Shown here piece by piece: positions 39,723 through 52,930 of a DNA stretch of 64,000 bases. Under the pieces are notes generated by a model. That model searched no databases. It was given only the letters and a program-made list of their open reading frames with translations, and was not told the origin of the DNA. Both the position numbers and the translations under genes were made by a program. Source of the DNA: Narcine bancroftii (Eukaryota); assembly GCF_036971445.1 (NCBI RefSeq), contig NC_091476.1, positions 165,974,001 through 166,038,000 of the forward strand, in the 5' to 3' direction. Positions within the stretch are counted from its first letter, which is position 1, and every line of letters begins with the position of its first letter.

Positions 39723-41539
39723 TCATAAGTCTACTTCCCAGAGCTCTGTAGATTATTTTACAATTATCCCAACAGCATCACTCAGAACAAACATGCAGTG
39801 GGTATTCATTTTAAATGAAAATTGGTTTTCTTCCCTCTGAAAATCTCAAAACCAAGAATGGAAAATTTTCTATCCTTAACTCACCCGAAGGTGTTAATGA
39901 TCCCACAATGCAGTGCAGGAGAGGAAACTCCCTAAAAATGTGTTTCAATGCTGCAATCAAAAGGCAACAATTTCATCTCCCACAACAGCTTTCCATTGAA
40001 GATCTCAGACATTCACCTGATGACCAAAGAGCTTTCTTAGAAACCACTGACTCAGTAACTCTGTAAACTAATGCATTAAGTGCAATATTATTACAGCACC
40101 AGGAACCAAGTGCTGTCTATGATCAACACAGAAGTCTGCAGATGCAGTGATTTGAACGGCACCTCTGTCTGGAAGGAGTTTGTACATTCTCCCTGTGACC
40201 TCTATTCATTTTTGCCAGGTCCTCTGGTTTTCTTCTCTTTCAAAAATGTAGAGGGTTGTTAGGGTAACTAGGCAGCATGGACTTCATGAGCCGAAAGGAC
40301 CTTCTATGATGCTGTTACAATTAAAAGAAAAATCAACGTGGAAGAGGTACCATTTTCCCATTAAATAAACCTGGGAAACTAATCTCCCTATCAGAAAACT
40401 TCTCCCCTGTAACTCAAAAAATGAGGATGGGAATTTCATAACATAGCTTTAGCTAGGAGAGCAATCACAGAGAAAAAAATGTTGCATGGTATTCCCAGTC
40501 ATCCCTTTAATAGTATTTATTTCAAAAATGTTCAATTCTTAAATCGCAGTTTCAATTTTGTCATCTGACTGGGATCATTTGCTCAGTACAGACTTGCTGA
40601 CCAGTCTGCAAACACCATGGTAGACAGTGATTGTACAAAAGCACAATAAAATCTGAACATTAAATATGATATAACTTGATGAGTTGTGAGGGTGTGATTT
40701 TCGACGTTCGTGTGCTGGTTGTAAAACACTTCAGTTTTGCTCCCTTGATCCACATTTACTGATCAGTCTAATCACTTGCTTGATTTTTATATTGTGTGGT
40801 TTTTGAAATGTAATTCATCTGACAAGTATATTAAAACCAAAATTGCAAATTAAAAGTTTGCTTTGACCCAAAATGCATAATTTTGACAATTTTGTTATTT
40901 TTCCTCCGGATAAAATGACACATATCATATTAGTAGGAATTCATGGTCAATTGTCCGTGCGAAATGCATGCACTGTCGATGTGCATAAGTTGAATATTAC
41001 TACTAAAATTCAATTTTATTAACTAAAAAAAATGAGTGCTTTTCACATCCAGTGCGATCAACACAGCAGAGAATTAATTAATATTCACGAGTTTTCTCAT
41101 TCACATGGTGGAACACTGCAGGCTGGAGAAATCCGAGGCACCCTTGATTCTTGATCACAGGATGTTGCATGTCCTATCCCCATTACATAAAACACTAATG
41201 GAACATACAACAAAAAAGATGGATTTGTTTTTGGCAGTTTACATGTTCAAAGCTGCATGTACTTTCTCAGAATGGGAACCTTATTGGGTGAAATTTAAAT
41301 GGAACACTAATAGCATATATTATCGGCAGCAGCTCAGAGAGGTAATACTGAACTCAATCTTCATTTAGATGATGTATAAAAAAAGATTAAAAAAAATAGC
41401 ATATATTATCAATACACATACTATATTAGTTCATCGAATTAAATTAATTGATCTGGTGAAAGCAGCTGTTGATTTACACTATCCACAGTTTCAAATGGCA
41501 AACAAACACTCACGGTTTCCCTCTGTTATTAGGAAATAG

Positions 41540-41930
41540 GACGTGACAATACAGGCTCTTTGCCTCTCGAAAAACCAAAAAAAAATGAATCCGTTCCTAC
41601 TCATAGCCCTCTATTTTCTTTTATCCATGTGCCTCTCTAAGAGTCTCTCAAATGCCCCTAATATTTCAGCCTCCATCACTACCCCTGGCAAGTCATTCCA
41701 GGCACCCACAATTCTGTGTAAAAGAAAAACTAGCCCTGATCTCTCCCCTAAACTTTCCTCCCGTCACTTTGTACAGATGCCATCTGGTGTTTGCCACGAC
41801 AATCCTGGGAAATAGGTATTGGCTGTCTACCTTATCTATGCCTCTCATAATCTTCTACATTTCACTACCTCTCATCCTTCTTCACTCCAAAGAGAAAAGT
41901 CCCAGCTCTGCTAACCTTGCCTCGTAAGGC
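41540..41930 (-). mobile_element. Degenerate CR1 3' fragment
   Basis: The reverse strand carries the rifslE.RR.RG / RIVGAWNDLP pattern. Confidence 0.65.
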
Positions 41931-43669
41931 ATAAGTTACTCTTAAGAACTTATTTGATTTCCAAATTTTTGCACCATAGAAAATAAAATCACCTCAAACA
42001 ATAACAACATTTGATGCAAGGAAGCTTGATATCATCTGGTGAGCTGTGTTAAACAGGTTGGCATGCTTAACTGTGGAAGCATCATCGATAGATGTTTCAA
42101 GCACAATTGCCAATCTGTATTGAAATGGCAAATTTATCAGGAAATTATAGGTAATCTATAATAAGTCTTGGAAGATGATTAAACATATATAGGTCTCATC
42201 CACAGCTGATTTGAAAATGAAAATGGCTGGCCCACTTATTGCAGTGACATCAGCGCTTGCGTGCGTGAGCCAACGGGCAGCCAGCACCTGAACATCCAAC
42301 AGAACTTCTGGTGAGTGTGTGACATGCCATTGCAGGGATGGGTTGGCTATTCAATACGTTGATCCCCCTGAAATTTAAAAGGTGCTTCCAACACCTTTGC
42401 CTGAGTAATCACACCCTGGTCCCAGGAAAGCTACCCAGGTGGTGCAATTTAAAAGGGGCTACTGTAACTTCAGAAACAGGAATAAGCTGCTCAAAGCCTT
42501 TCCCTTGTCTGCAGCTTTGCTCATTTAGATTATTGCAGATCTGCTTTTCATCTCCACTCTGCCAATTTTGTTCTTCATTGCTCACTAATCCTATCTATCA
42601 AAATTCAATACAGTAAGGGATGCTCAATTTACCACAGATACCTACCACCTTTTGTTTGAATGTGGAGAATGTCCAAATTTCCACATTTTGTATGTTAAAC
42701 TTCAAAGTTGGATTACAGAGGGATCACTTATTTCTGTCTATAACGTATACTTATCTCTGTCTATAACACAGTAATATTCCTAAAGAGAGACATGATGGTT
42801 TGAGAAGTCCATTCAAATTCCCTTCCGTTTATGCAATAATTAAAGAAAATAACTCCAATTTTAAAATTATTAAACAAAATCAGATTTTATTTTCCCAAAA
42901 TATTAGGTATAATGACATGATTTGACATTTAAACATGACAAGATTTTAGCTGCTTGACATTATGCTGACCAACTTCCCTTCCACCGAATATCTTCACCTT
43001 CCCCAACCCCCACCCACTTCTGGCAGAAGATACCCGAGGTTGAAAGCATGCACCTCAAGGACAGTTTCTTCCTTTCTGTTATCAGAACGGATCTCCTGTT
43101 AGTACAACATGATGCCCTACACGGCGCTCTTTATACACTACATTTTGTTTTATTTTATCTATATTTATTTTGTTCTTGTACTTCCTGCTGTCAAATGTAC
43201 ACATTGGCTTGCTTTGACAGCCTCCCAGAGTTTCTCACTGTATCTTGGTACATGTGACAATAAACATTTTAATAAAATTAATTTAATTTCATTAGCCTTT
43301 GGTCTTTGAGGCCCAGGTGTACAAATTCTTGGTCTATACCAATTAATACACGAGAAAGCACAGCTCTCTAGCAGTCTGCCCTGCATTAGCTTTGCAATTC
43401 ATGAGGGTACACTCCCAACTGGCTACTTTCTGATGATTTTTGTTCACTGGACTGTTAATGACTTTGTTCTTTTTGCATGTAAAGTGTAACAATCATTACT
43501 TATCTCAGAGACAAAACAAGTAGCCTAAGCTTTGCTACATTATCTGAATTTTAGTTACATAAGAAAACCTGTTCTCACAGAGAGTTGGGAATCCAGACGG
43601 GGAATTCTGCACTCAAATCAATTACATCAAGCAGAAGGCCAATTTTTTCAAATATTTCCTGACTAAATA

Positions 43670-44783
43670 CAGGCAAACCCCACTACTTCGATCAGCGTTA
43701 AATTCATTTACCATGATTTGGAAACCTGCAACCATTTTTCGGATGTAATTATTCATTTACTGCGAGATCTCTCTGCAAATTTGTGGAAAACTTGAGTTAC
43801 AAGTAGATCATGTGAACGGTGCTAAAGAAAATATGCCCAAATGACAGTCAAACTCATTTGTGTGCCCCCTATTAAATAGGGTTAAAAGAAAACATGGAAA
43901 AGAATCTGACAGTGATATTAAAAGGAAAAGAAAGGAATTACTTCAGAACTTAAAAAAAATTGAAGTTATTAAATGACATGAAGACGGTGCCAGCAATGTG
44001 AAAATCAGACATGATCTGGGCTACAATGAGTCAACTGTACACTCAATTTTAAGAAGCATGAATATAAAAAACAAGGTAGAGCTGCATCAGTTTTTTTAAG
44101 TGGAAATTACTCAAAAACGAAGTCCATTAATGAAATGGAACGGCTACTTCACCTTTGGATTGAAGATTGTAACCAAAAGCAAATACCACTTTGTACAAAA
44201 ATCATTCAAACCAAAGCTTTAAACATCTTTTTGATGCTTAAAGAAAATAAATTTTAAGGGGATACGCAAACTTTTGCTGCAAGTTTAGGTTGGTTTGACC
44301 TCTTTAAACATCAAACAGGATTACACAATGTAAAAATTATAGGGGAAGCTGTTAGCGCTGATAAAATTTTCTAAAAGGATTTGAACTTGTTGAAGCTGCT
44401 AAGGGTTTTTATCTAAATGTCGATCCTAACACGGAAAGAAGCATTGACGTCTGTAGCAATTTAGAAAAAGCAATCGCTAGCTATAGGAAATTGTAAAATG
44501 AGGGAAAAAAAATCAAAAACTGTGCAGTCAACTTTGGACAAATATTTTTCTAAGAAATAGTATAGCTATGATATAATTATGAAATAAATGAAAAATAGCA
44601 ATCATTTTTATTAACCTTAACAGTTTTAGCATTGTATGCAGCTAAATGTTGTCTTGATGGATGATCTGAAAAGATGGGGATTCATTGTAATTATTCCCAT
44701 TTATTCTATTAATCGCTTAACACAAATTTGTCTTATGCGAGTAAAAATTGGATGAATTAATTGCGTAGAACAGGGTTTGCCTG
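43670..44783 (+). mobile_element. Tigger/pogo-like DNA transposon, internally deleted (DDE domain missing)
   Basis: TIRs CAGGCAAACCC / GGGTTTGCCTG with TA TSD. CENP-B-type relics KIEVIK*HEDG...LGYNESTV and EMERLLHLWIEDCNQKQIP...FAASLGWFDLFKHQTGLHNVKIIGEAVSAD. Confidence 0.9.
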
Positions 44784-45189
44784 TAAATCTTTTTAACCAC
44801 CTACTCTTGAAGAATGGCTTTGGCTCGAAACGTCAATTGCCTTGTGCTTTTCTATGGAAGTTGTGTGACCCTAATGAGTTTCTCCAGAACTTTTGTGTAC
44901 TGCACTAAATATATATTACACTGATTGGACTGAAAGAGGAACATCAGTCATTTTGTTTTGACAAACATTAAACTGCCGAATATGACTGCAATTAAACTAA
45001 TGCAAGCGAATGTTGTTTTCCTGAATAGATTACGAAACACCTTTCATAAATAAGTGGACATTTTGAAGAACTGATCTCATGTTAATTCTGGTGTATCACT
45101 TCATCATACAACAATTCAACAAACTGGAATAATTACATGAGGGACGTGGCCGAGATTCTGCTGATTCTATCAAACAAGTTTGGTCAGTC

Positions 45190-46710
45190 ATGATGTAACA
45201 TGAGCTTTCTTCATGTGTTGGATCCAAGAGAGGTTCTCCGATATGAAGATTCCCAGGAACTTGAAGGTTCTGATCTTTTCCACCTCCACCGAGCATGTGT
45301 GCGGTTCTTCCGCCTCCCCTTCCTAAATTCCACAGTCAACTCCTTGGTTTTCTTGACTATGAGAGCAAGATCGTTGTTCTGTCACCACCCAACCAGATTT
45401 GAGATCTCCATCTTGTATTCTTACTCATCATATCCAGTTGTTTGGCTAACAGTGGTGGCATTGTCAACAAATTTATAGATTGCATTGGAGCCAAACTTGG
45501 CTAACCAGAATGAGTGTGTAGGAAATAGAGCAGGAGGCTAACCATGCAGCCTTGAGGTGCCCCTATGTTGCTGGTGGAGGAGGAGATAATGTTGTTGATC
45601 TGCTGGCTGTGCAGGCTCATTGGGCTGAATGGCCTATTTCAGCACCTATTGTCCATCTGCTCTGATTAGATTTTGCCAATGCGGACATTGAGGATCTAGT
45701 TGCAGAGGGACAAACAGAGTTCCACTGTAATGGAGGATTAAAATCATGCGCCCAGATGCTTTTTGCTTATGTGGAACTGATGACACTGGGTCCACACTCA
45801 GGTCACCTTACTTTCAGAACTAGCAGATGTAATTAAACTCAGCCATGGGGATTTATCTGAAGATACACTTTGAAATGGAATTCCACTGTGAGGCCCAGGG
45901 AAAGCAGTTGTCAAATGCAACACTCTGAAATTGACGAATTGGTCACAACGTGTCTTGCTCGAGAAGTTTTAATAAGTCTTTGTATCTACGAGATAAACCA
46001 GGAAATCATAACATCCTGGTTCCTTAATAATTAATCTAAATTGTAGAATATTATGTTCAGTTTTGATTTTGACTGACAAATGTTAGAAGGAGTAGGCGCA
46101 TGATTAATTGTTTTTGGGGTATATAAGCCTGTGGTCCTGCTGCTGAAGTTTAGACTCTCCGAGGGGTGGGAACACCCCTTGTCAAGAAGGAAGAACAGCC
46201 AGAGTCCGAGCAACGTCCCGGTCGGGGGAGGTGGAGAAGCTGCTACCAGCGCCCTGACAACCTACTACAAGTGTGCAGTCGTTGCCTCGCTTCGGCAGTT
46301 GGGACCAGTCCAAGCGTTGATAAGTATAGTTGGGAAGGGCTTGCATATTGTAGTGTGAAATCAGCTTTTGAATTAGTAATAAACATTTGTATAAACTGAA
46401 CTGCTCTCGGTGCGTGTGTCTATTTTCTTTCGGTAGCTCAAACACTGTGACCAATCTAAAATGAACAAAATGAGAGGTATAAGTTTACCCAAGACATCCA
46501 CTACCCCTCATTTGATCATAAGTAATGATGGTGTTGAGTGCTGAATTGTCACCAATGAACAACAGTATGTTCTTGTAGTCCAGCTGATCTAATGCATAGT
46601 GGAGGGCCAGTGAGGTGGCATTTGCTGTTGACCTGTGTGATGATAGGTGAATTGAAGTGGATCCAGGCCCTTCCTGAGACAGGAGTTGATATGGTCCTTA
46701 ATCAACCTCC
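45190..46710 (-). mobile_element. Rex1/Babar-like LINE fragment interrupted by a solo LTR
   Basis: The reverse strand encodes KFVDNATTV, PQGCMV and NSALNTII; split at 45725/46497. Confidence 0.65.
45726..46496 (+). mobile_element. Solo LTR (family B), 771 bp
   Basis: TGTAATGG...AAGACA with perfect 5-bp TSD tccac; TATAA at about 46122 and AATAAA at about 46378. Confidence 0.9.
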
Positions 46711-47879
46711 AAGCAAAATAGCGGGGATGAGGGTGTTGACATTTTCATAGCAGGTTAGACCGTCAGTCCAGTCATATGAACCAATTAACCCCTTCATATT
46801 TGCCTTGAAACTCAAATATCAGCAAGCAGTTATCTGCAGAAATGTGTACAACGTGGAAACATGCCTATTCATCAAACCTCTACAAATCTGAGGTTGCATT
46901 TATGTAACATTTGGCACTTTATATTCAGGTGGATTGAAAAAAGATTTTCTGCAAATGAATTAGTTGTGAAATTTAGTCATTGTCGGCAAACACTTAAGCC
47001 CAACTGTGCACTGCAAAATTCCACAAATAATAAATATGATAAATTTGGAAATTAATTTAATGATGTTGATTTGGATAATAAAATTGAAGAGCCATCAAAA
47101 AAACAACTTTATATTTTACTGGTCCTTTTCAGATGCTTATATCCACATGCATGGGTGTTTGGTTTACTGGCACCTCCAATAATGCAGCACTTCACATCCT
47201 ATTAATGTTTTAGCCACCACTGATGTGGTGGAGAAAGAACAATCAACATAGCCTTGCACAAAGAATTCCATCATTGATGAGGATAGAGCAGAGCTATTAA
47301 AAAGAGGTCATTCATAAATTTGCCCACTGAATAAACAGATACCATCTCTTGAGCTCTCCATTCACACCATGAACACCTTGTCGGCGACACTTCCCAGCTT
47401 TTAATATTTCTCAGTCTCAAAACACATCACCTTCCAAGAGGAGTAAGCCTCGATATTCTGAATTGTATCCTCTTCATCCAAATAAATCAAACTTCATAAT
47501 TGTAGCTGTGAATATCTTTCATTTTCCGTGGATAAAAGCAATATTTTTATAGCTTTGCACTTCATAACGATAAGTGAAACAAAGCATATTGTAAATGATA
47601 ATGATACTGAACTTCAAACAAATATAAAAAATATTACAATGGTAATAAGGTCGATGAATAATAAAGAGAAATCGAAAGGAAAGTTTCTTGAGAGCTCACA
47701 TCTCTTCCATGGTCATTCCAAGAATGAAAGATCTCCTGGTCCGTTCGGATATTACAACATATGATGCAATAGTAACTGTGGTAACTATGCAAAAACAATT
47801 AATCCTTCAAGGGAAAGTCATAAAACAACGATAAATCATAAACACAAGGTGTTAACCTGTACACACCCAGATACTAGGA

Positions 47880-48780
47880 TATCCATGTTAAACTACTATT
47901 CATAGACTACTGCTTCAATACCATCGTTCTGAGCAAACTCAATCCCAAACTTCAGGATCTGGGCCTCTGCAAGTGGATTGTTGTCTTACTGTCTAACAGA
48001 TAGCGATCAGTGAAGATGGGGAACAACATCCCCTTCATGATCACATTCAACATTGACACTCCTTGAGGATGTGTCCTCAGTCTTCTTCTATACTTCCTCT
48101 CCACCAGGACTGTACAGTTGAATACTGTTCAAACTCCACCATCAAATTGCTGACAAAAAGACAATAGTGGCCAGGTTCCAAATAATAATGAGATGGAATA
48201 CAGGAGTGGCATGGTGCCAAGATTAAAAAAACATCTCTATTAACGTCAATAAGATGGAGATGACCATTGACTTCAGTAAAAGGAGGTTACCTCCACACTC
48301 CTGTCCACATGAATGGCACAATGATAGACAACTTCAATTTCTTGAGACAAAATATCTCCAATGTTCCGACTTGGGATAAGCACGTTATTCAATGATCAAG
48401 AATGTGCTGCAATGCCTCTACATGGCGAGGTAGCTTCTCTGGTCGAGATCAGGAATAAACTAGTGAATGCAGCTCAGACATAGCTCTAACTTTCATCCCA
48501 TCCATAGTTTTCATCCACATTTCCTGCTGCTTAGGAAAGGTAAACACACCCCAGACAATCTATCATCTCTCTCTTTCCAGTGGGCACACCAACATGATGA
48601 AAGATAGTTTTTTTGTCTGCAGCCATCAAGCTCAAAATGAAATCAATAACAGTGCAGTCTTCTCCGCTTATATAGCGAAGTTTCTCCAGCATTGTGTTTT
48701 TACAGCATTGTCCTGTGGCACTTACTTTGTACTAATTGATCTTTTTTATTATCTGCTCCAATTGCATCCCTCCCACTGAC
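47880..48780 (+). mobile_element. Old Rex1/Babar-like LINE fragment
   Basis: ctattcatagactactgcttcaataccatc; ggatgtgtcctcagtcttcttctatac. Confidence 0.65.
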
Positions 48781-49110
48781 ATGAGGCTCACTAGTCTATA
48801 TTTCCTGGATTATCTCTATTTCCCTTCTTTGTTCCATTGTTCAGTACTACTCTCTAGTTCTCCAGGACCTTAGAATATTTAAACAGAAGCTCCAAGAAGG
48901 GTTTGATTGAAACAAATTTTGATTCTTCTCTATGGGGTATCTATACAACAATGCTGTATCTTGAGAATTGTATCATAAAACATGATTGACAAATGATTAG
49001 AACAACATCCATTGTATACAAATGATCTTCAAAACTGTCATTGTTGTGGGAGGGGTGGGGGGGGGGGATGCAGTGGCCAAGTACAAATTGCCATTACCTC
49101 TTTGACAAAA

Positions 49111-49365
49111 GGGCGGCACAATTTTCGAAGTGGTTCGCGCAACATGATTACAGCGCCAGTAAATGGGGCCAGGATTCAAATCCCGCACAATCTGTAAGGA
49201 GTTTGTATGTTCTCCCCATATCTGCTTGGGTTTTCTCCGGGTGCTCTGGTTTCCTCCCACCCTTTAAAACGTATCGGGCTGTCGGTCAATTGGGTGTAAT
49301 TGGACGGCAAGGGCTCATGGGCTGAAAGGGCCCGTTACCATGCTGCATGTCTAAATTTAAAATTT
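49111..49365 (+). mobile_element. tRNA-derived V-SINE (best-preserved copy; others at about 2510-2700, 40080-40320 and 60600-60850)
   Basis: tRNA-like head with B box ggattcaaatccc; V-domain gggttttctccgggtgctctggtttcctcccac; tail tctaaattt. Confidence 0.8.
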
Positions 49366-49967
49366 AGAAAGCAAAAAATAACATTGATACCTGAAAATCT
49401 GAGTCTAACTCTTTTGATGCTTTAACGATTTGAGTGAAACACACCAACTTCAACAATGATCCCAAATGGCACTCTATCCTCATTTGAAATTCAGAGTTTG
49501 GAATATGCAGAGACATGCACCATTGCATACCGATGGATATGTGCCTGTACATAAGCATTGATCTTAAACAGATTCTGGACTGATTGATGCCCACAGCTAA
49601 CTTAATCTAATAAATACACACGATCTCTATTTATGTACGTGTTTCATCAATTAATAAGCTTCTAAATAAGTCACAATATTTCATAATAGTTAAAATCAGA
49701 TCAGCTGTTTCCCCACTTTAATCAGTAAGCCTGAAAATTCTCTCCTATTGCCAGTATATATAAAGAAACAATTTAATTTTCCAGCAGTGTTAAATAATTT
49801 GATTTCACATGCAGTAAACTTTTCCTGAATTGCAACAGTATTATGGTCCTTAAAGGATTGCGGCAATTTGAACTTGATCACTGATCCTTATCCATAAATT
49901 GCCCCATTTTCCAACCAACAACACATTTCTGTTGAAAAAAATGTACTAACTTTGAATATTTTTGTGG

Positions 49968-52339
49968 TGTTACAGGCTCAGATCATCCCAAAACCCAATA
50001 GCCATAGAAATTCACCAAGACAAATGGTTACTTAAACACAAGTTGCTTTTAATTTTTTTAAATATAAAAATACGATCAAACTTTAACTCATTACAATTAA
50101 CTTAACTCCCTTCTAATTCTAAGTGCACATGTCTGTAATGTGCACATGTTCAGGAAAGTTCTTTGATTCATAGTCCAAACTCATTCCTCCAAGTTTACCA
50201 GTATCAGGCAATTCTGTGCACAGAATTTAACATTTATGAATTTTCACTAGGCTCTAGTGAAAAGGTAAATGGTTACTGCTCAGGAAGGTTCTAGTTGGTT
50301 ACAGAAAGATTTTTTTTTGCTCATTGGACACACACAATCTGATTTTCCACTTCAGTGTCTCGCCGAAGAAACTTGCCCCAATCATGCGTTTTTCAAGGGA
50401 TAACCTCTTCTTCCTGGTCACCACCAAGTTCAGGAGAAACACTCGAGCCAGCCATTTCCTCTTGTAAGGACTACAAGGGTTTTCAACAGGATGAACTCAG
50501 AACTCATAACCAGTCTTCAAAATGGGGTTTCAAACAAGCTTTCAAAAACCACTGCAGAAGTCAGTTCTCTCTCTCTCTCTCTCTCTCTTTCAGAGAAGAA
50601 TCCTGTTTGGTCTTCTCTCTCTCTGCTTGCCAAACTACATGACCCCTCTTAGAAAAGGAAACTGCAAGTAGACAGTCTGCCGGCACTGGAATCAGTTTCT
50701 GCCTGGCCACCAGTTGCTTTCGAAACAATAATCCATTTACTCCACAACATCAGTCCAATTAACACCAACTTGTGAAGTCTCCATAGGCATTCTTCAGTTT
50801 CTTTAAAGTCACTGTGGACATGCCAGTCTCTCTTTAGCATAGTTCTTGTATTTTAAATGACATGTCTTTTGTGAAGTGTTACTAGCCGCTTTCAGGTGCT
50901 CGGACGCAGATAATGTGCCGGCAGACGTGGCTGAGGGAGTGCAGCTGGGACGTTCAGGTAGCTGCAGAGTAGATGCCTTTCTATCACCTGAACGTGCCGG
51001 CTGAAGGAGAGCTGCATCCGAGCAAACGCTGGCTCCTATGGACTGTCTGTGTCCTGTGAGCATATTTAGGAAACTCCCTTCTGTACCCAGAGAGAAACAC
51101 TTCACTGATATCAACCCTTGACACGCACCCAAGAGGGAGTCTGCTTTAAGAAAGCATACACAAATACATTTGCAGAAAGCAAAGGATGGCAAAAGAGACT
51201 TAAAAAAAAATACAAACTTTGTTTGAAGTGCTGGCTGACACTGCGAATGGGAAAATGGTGACAGCTTCTAATGAGACTGCGAATATCAGAGTACTTCTGG
51301 TAGTGCAGTAATGAACGGACGACCATCACTAACGTAAGCAAATCAAATTACATTGCAGAGAGTGAATAATTTCTTGACTGTTTTCCTAATTGTGTTGAAA
51401 TGACTTGTACGTGCGTGCACCAGTCTTAGATCCCAGGTTTCTGTAGTTTCTGCTGCGCTCTCATTCAGGTGCAATGGGGGATGCTCCGAGCTGGAGAATA
51501 TATCTACCCGAGGAGGGTTAAGCCACTTTCAGGTGGCCAATTGCCCCGCTTGTAAAGCCGCATATTTTGGCAATATGCGGCTGTCAGGAGGCCACATGAA
51601 TGCGCAGGAGGCGAACTTTGTAACCCTCCTCCGAGAGGGATAATTGCCGCAGCACAGTGGCCTCCCCAGCCATCTGAAAGCAGCCGCCTGAAAGTGGCTG
51701 CATTCGGGATGACAGTCAGCTGGCGAACACCCGACAGTTGCTCTCCCAGCTGCCCCTTCCCCCCGGTGCGGGACATCAGGGCAGGGGCAGCCAGCATGGG
51801 CTGTCAGCATGATGACGACCCGCTCACAGCCCACACCGGCCGCCCCACAGTGTGGGGACTGATATCGGGAGAGAGAGGAGCAGTGGGATCAGTGTGGGGA
51901 CATCCCACGCTGATAGCTCACACTGGCTGTCCCAGCTCTGACAGCCAGCCATCCCAAATCTGATAGCCCAAGGGACAGGAGCCAGAGTGCGTTCAGATGC
52001 GCATCCCGGTGCAGCTGTCCCTTCAGGTGGCCAGCGCTGCACTTTTAGCGCTGCCATCTGAACGACAATTCAAAGGGCCACTACCTCTTCTTCAGGCACA
52101 TTCTTAGTGGAGAATCCACCTGAAGAAGCTTTTAGGTAAGTGCTCCTTGCGGCCAGGTTCTCCATTTTCAGGTGGCCACCCAACAGCTGCATTGGGGTAG
52201 AATAGGCAGCTTTACATTCAGGCATTTTGGCCACCTGAAAGTGGCTACTGTTTTTGTTTGTGGTGACCGACACTAAATTCTCCCCCCCACAATCTCTTTT
52301 AAAGACATATTAATGTAAAATATAATATACCTTGTCACA
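49968..52339 (-). mobile_element. Solo LTR (family A), interrupted by a TIR element
   Basis: TGT...ACA ends; 4-bp TSD gtgg/gttg; homologous to 1-608 and 63447-64000. Confidence 0.78.
50884..52246. mobile_element. Non-autonomous TIR transposon (PIF/Harbinger-like), GC-rich
   Basis: TIRs agccgctttcaggtg / cacctgaaagtggct; 3-bp TSD act (alternatively TA); internal perfect 20-bp TIR copy at 51521-51540. Confidence 0.75.
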
Positions 52340-52741
52340 GTTGATTATTGTTCAGATTTTCATAAAAAGAAAATCTGAGGATTGACAATATAATGTTATA
52401 ATTTTCCTAACTTTTACATGGCAAAAGTCTTACTAAATAAATATGTAATATGGTCACTGAAGAGTGAGTTAATTTAATGTCTGTCTTGACAGGGGAATAT
52501 TGAGAAAATCTTGGTTAATAATTTGATAAATTAACTCTTTCATTTTACAGGACACTGAATTTCCTGTGGCTTCTTTGAACCCATATCCCAAAAGCATTGA
52601 GATAGAACAGCACAATGTTACTGTACAGTTTTGTTCCTCAATTTGTAGCAATTTGAAATGCTGCCACAGGACACAGAACCTTGTTTTTGGAATTATACTT
52701 TGTTCAAAAGTCCACTATTAACTGGAAGCCACATATAACTA

Positions 52742-52930
<189 letters not shown>

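Noticed and set aside
40600-40630. REST/RE1-like site (caccatggtagacag)
   Set aside because: The left half-site is poor and the spacing is non-canonical; not supportable.
49111-49190. tRNA gene
   Set aside because: It is the degenerate tRNA-derived head of a V-SINE with no full cloverleaf.
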